A stretch of 54,809 bases of DNA, taken from contig KZ538671.1 in the NCBI GenBank assembly GCA_000934665.2, positions 1-54,809 of the forward strand, written 5' to 3'. The translations under genes were made by a program, and so were the position numbers. The notes beneath the pieces are model-generated. The model was not told where the DNA came from, did no database searches, and worked only from the letters and a program-made list of their open reading frames with translations. Positions 39,493 to 50,704 of the stretch are shown one piece after another. The DNA is from Catajapyx aquilonaris. Lineage: Eukaryota. Every line of letters begins with the position of its first letter. Positions within the stretch are counted from its first letter, which is position 1.

Positions 39493-41181
39493 CGAAACAT
39501 GATACATCATTATTTTATCCCGGAGTTGAATACTCCCCTTCACTGCACCATTGCCGTTGAATAACTATTTTCACTCTTATTTTGCCACTAACACATGTAT
39601 ACTCTATTGTTAATGGAAAATAATTATGACACTCTGTGCTTAAGACTCTAGAGAATTTAATGACAGAGTGATGAACCAGCCTGAAACTACGATCTAACAT
39701 AAACCTGTCGTTTCGGATCAAGAACGATGTTACACGACTACGACCGTAATAAATTTAAATCACAGAATCAGAATTTCAGATCTTCAATAATTGTAATTAG
39801 GAAAATAGAGAAACACGGGAATCCCGTCCACGAGCTGTCCTGCTCCGAATAACATAATATTGAATGAAAACATCACGAGACCCCCTGACGTTTTTCATGA
39901 TCATGTCATGTTATCCTTGGGCGCAACAGGGTCACATAAGAATATGACGTAACATCTCTTTATCGAAGATTTTTTTGAACACAATATTATGGAACTTGTA
40001 TGACCGGATTAACCATGCAGGTGTATAATGCTGGCTCTTCAGAAGGAAAAGATTGATTCCATATGAAGGAACGAAGCGACGAAGACATATTGCCAGATTT
40101 GACAAGAGACGGGTAAGTCATACTGTCATGCATTATTTGACATTTTTTTTTTCAAAAAATCGACATGTTAAAAAGACAAGATTGGCAGTGGGGATCAAAT
40201 TGAATCAGTTGAGTGTGTGGGTTGTTTATGGGAATAGGCGATAAGGTGTTAAGAGGGGGATAAATAGGATATTTCTTTGTATGTAGTGAATTATTGAGGT
40301 TTTTTGTTATTAGAGCAAACAAGATTGGTAAGTTGGTCATTTTCATTATGCATGTTATAATATTTCAGGGATTAAAATTTTCATGACGCTGTCCTGAAAA
40401 GTGATTTGAAATGACATAGGTACTTTTATCGTTCAATAAGCAGGTTAGGTGATATTTGTATACCGGTTATCATTGACTTAATCAGGCCAAAATGTGTATC
40501 TAAGCGGTGGAATATTAAATTTCGAAAATGGCACACAACACCAAGAAGTCAAATAAAAACTATTAGGAAAAATGATGCTACTTCACTAACACACAATAAA
40601 CATAAGCTAAAAATGATGAGGAATAAAAAAATAATTCTTCGTTGGAAGCAAAAAAATTAATTAAATCTTAAATGCATTTTCATTAACTCCACAATCCAGA
40701 GCAAACAATTACACAAGAGTGGCTTAATGAAAAGTCTTCTATGAAGGACGCGCATGTTCATAGTCACTAAATCCAGCAGTTTGTCGATATGACGTCCTCA
40801 TGGTCGCAAGGACGTCCGAGGGGGAAAAATTCGCGAAAATATCTCGTAATCATTTGAATCATACGAAAGTAGTTTACAGCGTGGATGAATTATACGTCGT
40901 AGTATCCCAGGGCAATTAATTATTTAAAGTAGTTTGGCTCCAGATGACACTGGCTAGGCTGGGGTAGTCAGACCACTCTTGCATAACTATTTTTTTGTTA
41001 ATTGTTACATCAATGCATTAGTTCCTCGGATAATTAATTGGTTAATTAATATCTGGACACCTAGTGACAAGAGTGAGTCATTTCAGAGGCGAAAGTGTAA
41101 GGAAATTCCAGTTTCAGACTAAAATAAAATCATTTTTAGATCGTAGTATATTACGTTTAACGGAGGTTTATGCTCATAATG
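39493..41181 (+). repeat. Segmental duplication block A (copy 2)
   Basis: Collinear with 32603-34316. Confidence 0.9.
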
Positions 41182-41384
41182 TACAATGTAAGCGTGTGAA
41201 GAAGGAGGAGAGTCGGCCAAGCGGCATGTGCTGCAGGTCGACAAAGGCTAAATAAAGCAAAAAATAAACAGAAACAAACAAAACAACAGTGTCACAAATA
41301 AATATTACGCGTAACATCTCTTTATCGAAGATTTTTTTAACACAATAATATTATGGAACTTGTACGTCAGGATTAACCCTGCAG

Positions 41385-41908
41385 TGTTAATTTTATTTTC
41401 TTCTGCATTAATAAAATTATTTTACGTACTGGTAATCACGATACCCAACTGAATCTCGCAGACGTTGATGTGAGTCATTTAAAATAACATTGCCTGACGT
41501 TCTTACACCTTGAAAAACAGCGCCAGAAACACTGCATGGCAAAGCTACGTAATATATTACGTAGCTTTGCCATGTTCTGCAATAATTAATCATATATATG
41601 ATTAATTATTGCAGAATGAGTGTTATTACTTGGCGTAACTATATACTAACCACGAGTGAAGAAATGACGCTCACCAAGATTTTCTCACTGGCCATGTGTA
41701 TTTGCCAGGTCTATAAAAGAAAGGGTACGCGTATCTCATAACTCACTTCTTGTTGCTATAGGAGAAAACATCGCAGATTAACCTACAGGTGAAGTAAGCC
41801 GTATCATCTTATAACGAAATTAAGGGTTTCAAAGTCTGCAGTGCACAATTAACCAGAAATAGGGAAATTTACCAGCCATCATTTCCGCATTTTTCAAAGA
41901 TTTGACTT
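41385..41908 (+). promoter_or_regulatory. Orphan duplicate of the cis-PT promoter plus non-coding first exon (TATA ~41712, donor GTAAGC ~41794)
   Basis: Near-identical to 53200-53695, which lies directly upstream of cis-PT copy 4; related to 50155-50236 upstream of copy 3. Confidence 0.75.
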
Positions 41909-41929
41909 TTTCTATTATTAATATTATTA

Positions 41930-43772
41930 TTATTACACGCTTTATATCAGCTTCACTTTCTTGTCTGTGAGCGGATGTTTGTGTGTCCGTGTGTCCACCC
42001 CTCTCTTCGCCATTGCCCCGCCATCTATCGGTAGGGATTAACGTTAGGGGTGATTTCGCGCCTTCCTACACCATCTAGCGGTTGGTTTTCACATTAGGTA
42101 GTCACGTGATTGGCTGTGTTCGCTACCTCCCTACCATCTGGCGGTAGAAGTCACATGATGGGTGAATTTGCATCTTCCATACCTACTAGCGGTAGTAGTC
42201 ACGTCATTGGCTGTGTTCGCTACCTCCCTACCGTCTGGCGGTAGTAGTCACATGATGGGTGAATTTGCAACTTCCATACCTACTAGCGGTAGTAGTCACG
42301 TGATTGGCTGTGTTCGCTACCTCCCTACCGTCTGGCGGTAGTAGTCACATGATGAGTGAATTTGCAACTGCCATACCTACTAGCGGTAGTCGTCACGTCA
42401 GTTGGTCCCTTGCCCCACCATCTCAGGTACTTCCGTCACCTACTTCCCCCCTTTCCACCCCTTCTTCCTTTCCACCCCATTGGTGGGGTGGGTGGGGGGG
42501 GGGGTTCTCTCCCCACACCATCTAGCGGTTGGGGTTCACATTAGGGGTGACTATGCCACATCAACGCCAGATGGCGGCAGTAGTCACGTGAGGTTGTCAC
42601 ATCGCTACACATCTCCGTCGCTACTTCCTCCACATCATCGGGAGGTAGTCACGTGATTGGCTGTGTTCGCTACCTCCCTACCATCTGGCGGTAGTAGCCA
42701 CATGATGGGTGAATTTGCAACTTCCATACCTACTAGCGGTAGTAGTCACGTGAGTCGGTCTGTTAGCAATCTCCACACCAGTCACCGGAGTTACTGGCTC
42801 TCAGTATCCAGTTCGCTTCCTCCAAACTACAGGGCGGGAGTAAATACTCCAGACTGTTTTTTAGTGACAAAGTGAAAAGATTACAAATCACAGCCTGGCA
42901 CCATTCAACTAACTCCCCATGTACTATACATCAGTCATTCCTTCCACTTTATCACTAAAAACCAGTTAAAATAAAAATATATAAAAAACCTTTTTATTAC
43001 ACGCTTTATATTAGCTTCACGTTGTCTGTGAGTGTGTGTGTCCACCCCTCCGTTCGCCCTTGCCCCACCATCTATTGGTAGGTATTAACGTAAGGGGTGA
43101 TTTCGCGCCTTCCCACACCATCTAGCGGTTGGTATTCACATTAGGGGTGACTTTCCTACATCAACGCCAGATGGCGGCAGTAGTCACGTGAGGTTCGCAC
43201 ATCGCTGCACATCTCCGTCGCTACTTCCCCTACATCATAGTGAGGTAGTCACGTGATTGGCTGTGTTCGCAATCTTCATGCCATCTAGCGGCAGTAGTCA
43301 CGTGAATGGGTGGATTTGCAACTTCCACAATTAACGTTAGGTGTCACTTCGCAACCTCAACGTCATTTGGCGTAGTAGTCACTTTAGTTTATGAGGTCGC
43401 TTCGTCTTCCACCGCATTGTTTGGGTGTCATCCGCCACTTCCACACCATTATCTGAAGGCAGTTCGGGAGGCAGTCACGTGAATGGGTGAATTTGCAACT
43501 TCCATACCTACTAGCGGTAGTAGTCACGTGAGTCGGTATGTTAGCAATCTCCACGCCAGTCACCGGAGTTACTGGCTCTCAGTATCCAGTTCGCTTCCTC
43601 CAAACTACAGGGCGGGAGTAAATACTCCAGACTGTTTTTTTAGTGACAAAGTGAAAAGATTACAAATCACAGCCTGGCACCATTCACCTAACTCCCCATG
43701 TACTTTACATATGTCATTCCTTCCACTTTATCACTAAAAACAAGTTAAAATAAAAATATATAAAAACCCTTT
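41930..43772 (+). mobile_element. Two tandem non-autonomous elements (Helitron/Helentron-like) with an internal GC-rich minisatellite
   Basis: Both units (~41930-42990, ~42995-43772) start ttattacacgctttatat(c/t)agcttcac + GT-rich microsatellite, contain ccatct(a/g)gcggtagtagtcacgtg repeats and share a ~280 bp 3' end. The family assignment is inference. Confidence 0.55.
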
Positions 43773-44245
43773 TAAAGAACACGCTTTATATTTCCAAGTG
43801 CACTAAAAAGTAGAAAATAATTTTTCTTCCTCAATCTTCAGCTTTCTCTTTTACCTTGAACTGAACAGAAGATTCATGACTTTCTTTCCATGGAATTCAG
43901 CTACTGCAGTATTGTCTTGCTTTACTTATATTCTTATACGGCCTACATGACGAAAAATAAAGCGTGGGCACTAAAATTTTAATACTGTACATGGTTATAT
44001 TTCATGCCATGGAAGTAGATAATGTGTCATTTAGTGCCCACGCTTTATTTCTCGTCATGTAGGCCGTATAAGAATATAAGTAAAGCAAGACAATACTGCA
44101 GTAGCTGAATTCCATGGAAAGAAAGTCATGCATCTTCTGTTCAGTTCAAGGTAAAAGAGAAAGCTGAAGATTGAGGAAGAAATTATTTTCTACTTTTTAG
44201 TGACCTTGGAAATATAAAGCGTGTTCTTAAAAAGATTTTTATATA
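43757..44245. repeat. Long inverted repeat (~220 bp arms, ~54 bp spacer)
   Basis: 43757-43975 is the near-perfect reverse complement of 44030-44245. Confidence 0.92.
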
Positions 44246-45025
44246 TATATTTTTACACATACAGAGTCGGCCGAGCGGCATGTGCTGCAGGCCGACAAAG
44301 GCTAAATAAAGCAAAAAACAAACAAAAACAAACAAAACAACAGTGTCACAAATAAATATTACGCGTAACATCTCTTTATCGAAGATTTTTTTAACACAAG
44401 AATATTATGGAACTTGTACGTCAGGATTAACCGTGCAGGTGTATAATGCTGGCTCTTCAGAAGGAAAATATTGATTCCAGATGAAGGAACGAACGAAGCG
44501 ACGAAGACATATTGTCAGATTTGACAGAGACGGGTATATCATAGGCCGACTGTCATCCATTATTTGACTTTTTTTAAATTTACACATATGTTAAAAAGAC
44601 AAGATTGGCAGTGTGGATCAAATTGAATCAGTTGAGTGTGTGGATTGTTTATGAGAATAGGCGACAAGGTGTTAAGAGGGAGATAAAGAGAATATATTTC
44701 TTTGTATGTAGTGAATTATTGAGGTTTTTTTGTTATTAGAGCAAACAAGATTGTAAAATCACAGCATGAGCGTGAGTAGACGAGACATTTTCTCATTCTT
44801 TCAAGTAGACTTGTACGGATAGAGTGAACCCGAAAAACTGGAAGTGGGTTCCAGTGCTTATCTCAATTTTGACGTTTTTGTGGGTTGACCCAATATTGCA
44901 TAACACCGTCCATACAGCTTCAGTGTGCAGCGACTTGAATAACACATCGACTGCGGAGCACCAACAGAAACAACTACTCCCGAGTGTCTACTACTAATAT
45001 TCCCTTTCAGAAACTTATTAAAGAG

Positions 45026-46817
45026 ATGGGGTCTAAGAACCTAGACACAGACTCTTTTTTGGCGCTGACCTCTGAGGTCATTAAGAGCCTGACCATCTCC
45101 GAAAAGCACGACCAGGGCCTGAGAGACTTTGACAGTTGGTTCAAAAAGGTCAGGACTCTAATTAGATTGTGAGCAGGTCTCTTCACACGTATTTGTCATT
45201 GCAGATGTTGAACTACAACCTTCTCGGAGGGAAACTGAACCGAGGCACGATGGTGGCCAATTCATTTTCCGTCCTGGCAGAGAAGGAAGATGTCACAGAG
45301 GAGAACATCAGGTTGGCACACTTATTGGGCTGGTGCATCGAGCTGGTCAGTTTTAGTACAGTGCTCTTGCCTGAACCATTAAGCAGAATAAATTATAAAT
45401 TTCGGAACCAATAATTCCATACGTAATGTTGTTTCCACAGCTGCAGGCAGCCTTTGTGGTGGCGGACGACATAATGGACAATTCCGAGACCAGAAGGGGT
45501 CATCCCTGCTGGTACTTGACCAACGGACTGGGGCCAAAGGCCTTCAAGGACGCCTTGCTCATGGAAAGGGCCGCCTTCAATATCATGTGGAAGTACCACC
45601 GAGACCAGACCTACTACAACAAGTGCGTCGACCTATTTAACGAGGTAATGCTCCAGAAGCGTGTTTTTAATAGAGGGAAACATTTACTCTGGGAGACATC
45701 AGGTGGTGGTCATAAACTCGCTCAAAATCGGGCTACATAACCCTTCGTGCCTGCATTATAACTACTACCCCAGGCAGCAAAGTTAATCGTTGTTATTAAT
45801 AATAATTATTGGAAACTATTATGAAATACAGACTGAGATGCATAAGTTGTGGACATGCTTTTCTTTCAAAGATTATTTTCAAAACGAAGAAGGGTCGGTG
45901 CCTGGACCTCCTGACCTCATCCGGAAGCAAGCCCCAGCTCGACCTCTGCACCGAAGAGAGATACGCAACAATAGTCAAGTACAAAACTTCATATCACTCC
46001 TTTTATCTCCCTGTGGGACTAGCAATGATCATGGTGAGAAATCTACAATATTAATTACGATAATAATTACAATAATATGTAATACAATACAGGGGGCAAT
46101 AAAAAGGCCACTTTAGAAAAAAAGCAGCACAGTAAAAATTGTCCTCACTGGAAGTCTATGAAGGATCTCATAAATAATTCACAATTTTTTTCAATGTATT
46201 CTTTCGGTGCATCTGATAAATCATGATGTAGTGTACAGTACGTATATGTTGCCACGAACATTATTAATTCACAATTACTGTATTAGGCTGGAATGTTTGA
46301 CGAAAGAAGTCAGTCGGAGGTGGAGGGAGTCCTCTTGAAGGTTGGTCACCTTTTCCAAGTCCAGGACGACTACTTGGACTGCTTCGGTGACCCAGAGGTC
46401 ATGGGGAAGGTGGGGACGGACATCGAGGAGGGAAAGTGCTCCTGGCTGGTGGTCACTGCCCTCAAGCACGCGGATCACCATCAGAAGATGGTCCTGGAGG
46501 TACTGTTGTACATCAAGGGCGCCATGTTCTTTGTTTCTTCTGGTGGCTGCTTCATGATGAATTTCTCAGCGTTTTGTTCGTGTCCTGACCTCCATCGCAT
46601 GTCCCTCCCATTTCAGAAGAACTACGGATCAGAGGACCCCAAGCACGTGTCCCTAGTTAAGAACCTCTACAGGGACCTCGGTCTCCAAGAGATGTACAGG
46701 GAGTTCGAAAATGACTCCAAGAACTCGATCCTGAAGGATATCTCCAACATGAAGAATCCGAACATGCGGGACCTCTGCACAACCTTTCTGAACAAAATCC
46801 TCGACAGGAAGCGATAA
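45026..46817 (+). CDS. FPPS: FPPS-family trans-isoprenyl diphosphate synthase, ~347 aa; exons 45026-45148, 45205-45345, 45441-45644, 45872-46033, 46287-46499, 46617-46817
   Basis: GGKLNRG, GWCIELLQA, FARM DDIMD + RRGHPCWY, YKT, FQVQDDYLD (SARM), GTDIEEGKCSWL and basic C-terminus RKR. All introns are GT-AG phase 0 and there are no internal stops. Confidence 0.93.
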
Positions 46818-47138
46818 ACGTAGCTGGCAACTAAACAGAGAAGACAACATGCTATAGTTGGTGTGAGAATGTAGTATGTATATAGTGTTATGATGAAAAA
46901 TATACACACATGCTTGCAGCAGTAGCCAGTCAGTCATGGTCAAGATTGGATCACCAGAGGAAATAAAGAGAAAACAAATTCACTTGCTTTCAGACAGTAT
47001 CAGACACCATTTCCAAGTGTTGCGAATGTCTATCCTGCCTCTCAAGTCTCAACGTACAGTTACTGTGCAAGAGAAAAAAAATATTAATCATCAAAATGCC
47101 GAGTAGGCCCTATTATGTTCGCAGACCAAAGATCCAGA

Positions 47139-47414
47139 CGGGTAAGGATGATCTAAAAAAAACATTTCACGGGGATACTACATGATGAAGTGGACATTTT
47201 TCGATCCAGAATTAATTTTTGAAATGCCAACTTAGGATTATTGTATCATTGTTATTGAGTAACAATGAGAAGGGCTGACGCTTCATAAGTGGGATATCTG
47301 ATTGTTGCTCAATAACTATTGCTAAGTTGGCAGTTTTAAAATTAATTCTGGATCGAAAAATGTCCACTTCATCACACATCCCCGTGAAATGTTTTTTTAG
47401 ATCATCCTTACCCG
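47139..47414. mobile_element. MITE-like element with ~78 bp inverted arms
   Basis: cgggtaaggatgatctaaaaaaacatttcacgggga...tccagaattaatttt and its reverse complement at 47338-47414. Confidence 0.75.
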
Positions 47415-48296
47415 ACAATAAAAATTCTCAAAAAATCCCGAAGCCAACTCCTTTCTCAGAAGCACTTAAAATGCATAACATGTTGTGTAGGTGGCATATA
47501 ATGGGACTTCCGTGCTCCACATTTTGCGGAAATCTCTAGAAAACATTTCTGGTGCAATTTCGAGTGCCATTCAAAACAAAATATCCTATTAATGAGAAAT
47601 GTGAAAAATCGTAATTTTGGACGCCATTTTGGATCCAAATTTTTGGATTTTATTAAGATGAGAATATCCATCTTACAGAGTGCGAAAATACCTTTCCAAT
47701 GCACACATCAAATTTAGGATTTGTACTTATCCTATTGGAGGTATGGTAATCCAAGTGACTGCATGAGAAGCAAAAGTCCATTCACGGGTTGCGTTTCGGG
47801 TTCTAGCTCGTGAAAGACCAAATTCGTCCTCGGAGACTTTTCGGAAATAACGGCCCGCCATGTCCAGCTTCATTTTCGGGGTCATTAAAAAATCTCAAAA
47901 GGGTCCAAGTTTGAGAAAAATTAAAATCAAAATTTGAGCGCCAATTTTTGACTTTGAATTTTTGATTCTCATAATCGTCAGTATGGCCATCCCATAAACA
48001 TAAAGCGTTAAATTAGGTATCTAACCAAGTATCCAACGCACAGATCAAGTTTCGGGTTTGTACTTATCCTCGTGGAGTTATGGTAATCCAAGTGACTTCA
48101 TGCGAAGGAAAAATCCGTATAAATTGGTAGATTCGGCACCCTGTGGTTACGCAACCACGCAACGCAGAAGTATAAAATTGTGGCTTCCTGCATAGGTCGA
48201 TGAGTAGTAGGCTACTGTACATGTCACTAAAATTTGGTCAAGGTCCTCAAGGATTTATCGGAAAGGTGGCTCGCTTGACGTGGAATGCCTCATATA

Positions 48297-48595
48297 ATAA
48301 TTAATAATTTGATACCCCATTATCAGCCTACGGGCTTTCCTAGGGGGGGATTTCTCCCAATTTTTTGTCTGGAACTCTTCCATTTTTACTATTTTTCTCA
48401 TCACCGGAATGAAGCAGGGAAAGGGTAGGAAGGAGGCGGCTGTGGCCTATATTACGGTAACGACCCCGGAATTATCCTGCAAGGACCATGGGAAACCACA
48501 GAAAACCATGGTCAGGGTCGCCGGCCTCCGGGATTCGAACCCAGGACCTCCCGATTAGCAGTCGGACACCATACCACTACACCACTACTGCTTCG
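48297..48595 (-). mobile_element. Full-length tRNA-derived SINE with 17 bp target-site duplication
   Basis: On the minus strand: A-box TGGTGTAGTGG, B-box GGTTCGAATCC, anticodon-like arm (GCT) and AT-rich tail. It is flanked by the direct repeat gtggaatgcctcatata (48280-48296, 48596-48612). Confidence 0.9.
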
Positions 48596-49433
48596 GTGGA
48601 ATGCCTCATATATACACTATGTATATGTTTATTTACAAGATGAATAAAAAAAATGAATTTAACATAACCTAAAAGCATCAAATGACTCAACTGACATTGT
48701 CACATCCATCTGATCAAAGAAAAGAGAGTGTCCCACACCTTGCCCTATAAGCCAGCCCCCAGCCGGTTTTTATTTGTGTCCTTTCCATCTTGTGAACCTC
48801 AAAAATTTCATAATAACAATAATTAATTACATGTCAGTGAGATAACTTCAATAATATATTCTACGAGAGGCAGTTCTGCAAGTTTTTATCCCCATTGTAA
48901 ACAGGGTCATTTGTTTCGCCACATTAGGAACGTCAAGGGCTATTGATGCACAAAACCGTCGATAAAATCACGTAGTCTAATTTACCTGTCAATTGTCAGC
49001 TTTGATTGCTGGCTTTTTTGATGTTGCTATATTAACATGCAAATTACACAAATTGCAACAAAATGGAGACAGGTGTTTCCCAGCCCTCTGGAACGTCTCG
49101 CACGCGTCTATTGGCACGCACACTGATAAATTATGTGTATTTTAATTATTTCTCTCTTACACATCGTCCTTGAAAGGTGAGGCAAGGTCGTCAAGAGAAT
49201 AAGAGTACTGTACTTCAATAAGGATTATTTGACACCTTGCATGACTTCCTTTTGATTTCAAAGGAAAATTAGCTGCAACTTTTATTCGACATAGTCGGTA
49301 CGAAGGGAGTAATGCAACTTACAACGTGAATTTCACATCTTATTTAAATATTTTGAGGTGACGTTACCAATTTTGAAAATTTACACAAAATTCAATTAGC
49401 AAGTATACCCATACTCTTGATGCCAAAATGTTC

Positions 49434-49494
49434 ACGCCATGTTGAGGTCACCTTGCATGAGGACACCTCATGCAAGGTGACCTCAACATGGCGT
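49434..49494. repeat. Perfect hairpin (29 bp arms, 3 nt loop)
   Basis: acgccatgttgaggtcaccttgcatgagg-aca-cctcatgcaaggtgacctcaacatggcgt. Confidence 0.95.
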
Positions 49495-50154
49495 CTGGAT
49501 CGCGCAAGCTCTAAAATAATTATATTTAATCCTTCTCTCTCTCTCTCTCTCACTAATTATATGGCGCAATAAGGCACATAGTGCGTCATGCTAGGAGAAA
49601 ACCAGGGCTTCAATTAAAAGTAACTATAATAATTCATTAGAGGATTTTGCAACGGAGCAGGTCATGCTTCTCGTGTATCATGCATTGAAGTAATCTACAT
49701 GACGGAACACACAAAGGTGTCGAAATATTTACCAGGTAGATGTAACTAACCAATATGTTTTTCTGTTAGTTCTCACAATTTTTAGCGAAATTTAAGCCAT
49801 ATTCTTTCGTGTTACGACGGAAATCCGCAAATCGCTCCAGAATGCGACAGGGGAACCCTAGATAATATTTTTTTGTTGTTGAAATTGTTATGGCAATGGC
49901 AGGTGACGAATGTTATTTGAAATTGCTGATTCCCACAGAGGTTAACGTAAGTCATTCAAAATTGGCATGATTTTCTACAGTTTCCCACGTTTTACTGCCT
50001 TGCAAAAAAGACAGACGGACATGGCATGATGAGGTCATGAGAGATGTGATTTAATTGCAAAGAAAATGATGATAATTTCTTGACGTAACTAGAACAAATA
50101 TGCTGATCATATAACTCTTACGACTCATATCTCGCCGTAGTTATTTGCCAGTAC

Positions 50155-50236
50155 TATAAAAGAAATGGCATCGCAGCGTTCACTTCCTGTTGCTGGGAGG
50201 AAAACATCGCAGATCAACTTTCAAGAGGAGTAAGTG
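50155..50236 (+). promoter_or_regulatory. TATA box and non-coding first exon of cis-PT copy 3
   Basis: TATAAAAGAAATGG...TCACTT (Inr-like)...gaaaacatcgcagat...|GTAAGT, homologous to the leader upstream of copy 4. Confidence 0.65.
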
Positions 50237-50704
50237 TCATCCTGTAACAGCAGTAACGATTTCATAATACTTAACAAGTAATATGGAAAGTTACAAGACA
50301 TTATTTTCACATTTGATATTACATGGACGTTTCCCAGCTGCCAAAAAAGAGTATTGATGTGAAAAATTAATGAAAGTTATTTAGGACTAGAAATCTCAAT
50401 ATTTAAAACTTATTCAGATTTGAGTCAACTAGTTGAGGATTAATAAGATCATTATTTTCTAGTAGTATTTATTGTGAATAATCGGAATAATCAAAAACCC
50501 AAATATTAGGATGAAAAGCAATAAAATATATTAACTCCAAAATTAAACGAAGAAAGTTACCTATACTCGAACATATTTTCGTTCGTATCATTTCATTTAC
50601 AAGGTTCTCACATTACTGGAATATGCTCCAGTAAGTTCATATCATTGAAACATCTTTAATATTGGAATCTTTGGTCAAAGGTGTCGTTGTCCAGCCAACT
50701 AACA

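Noticed and set aside
42100..42760. Regularly recurring ~25-45 bp motifs resembling a CRISPR array
   Set aside because: The intervening sequences are themselves repeated rather than unique spacers, there are no cas genes, and the context is eukaryotic; it is a TE-internal minisatellite.
48520..48595. Possible tRNA gene (GCT anticodon-like)
   Set aside because: It is the head of a TSD-flanked SINE, with no acceptor stem or long variable arm.
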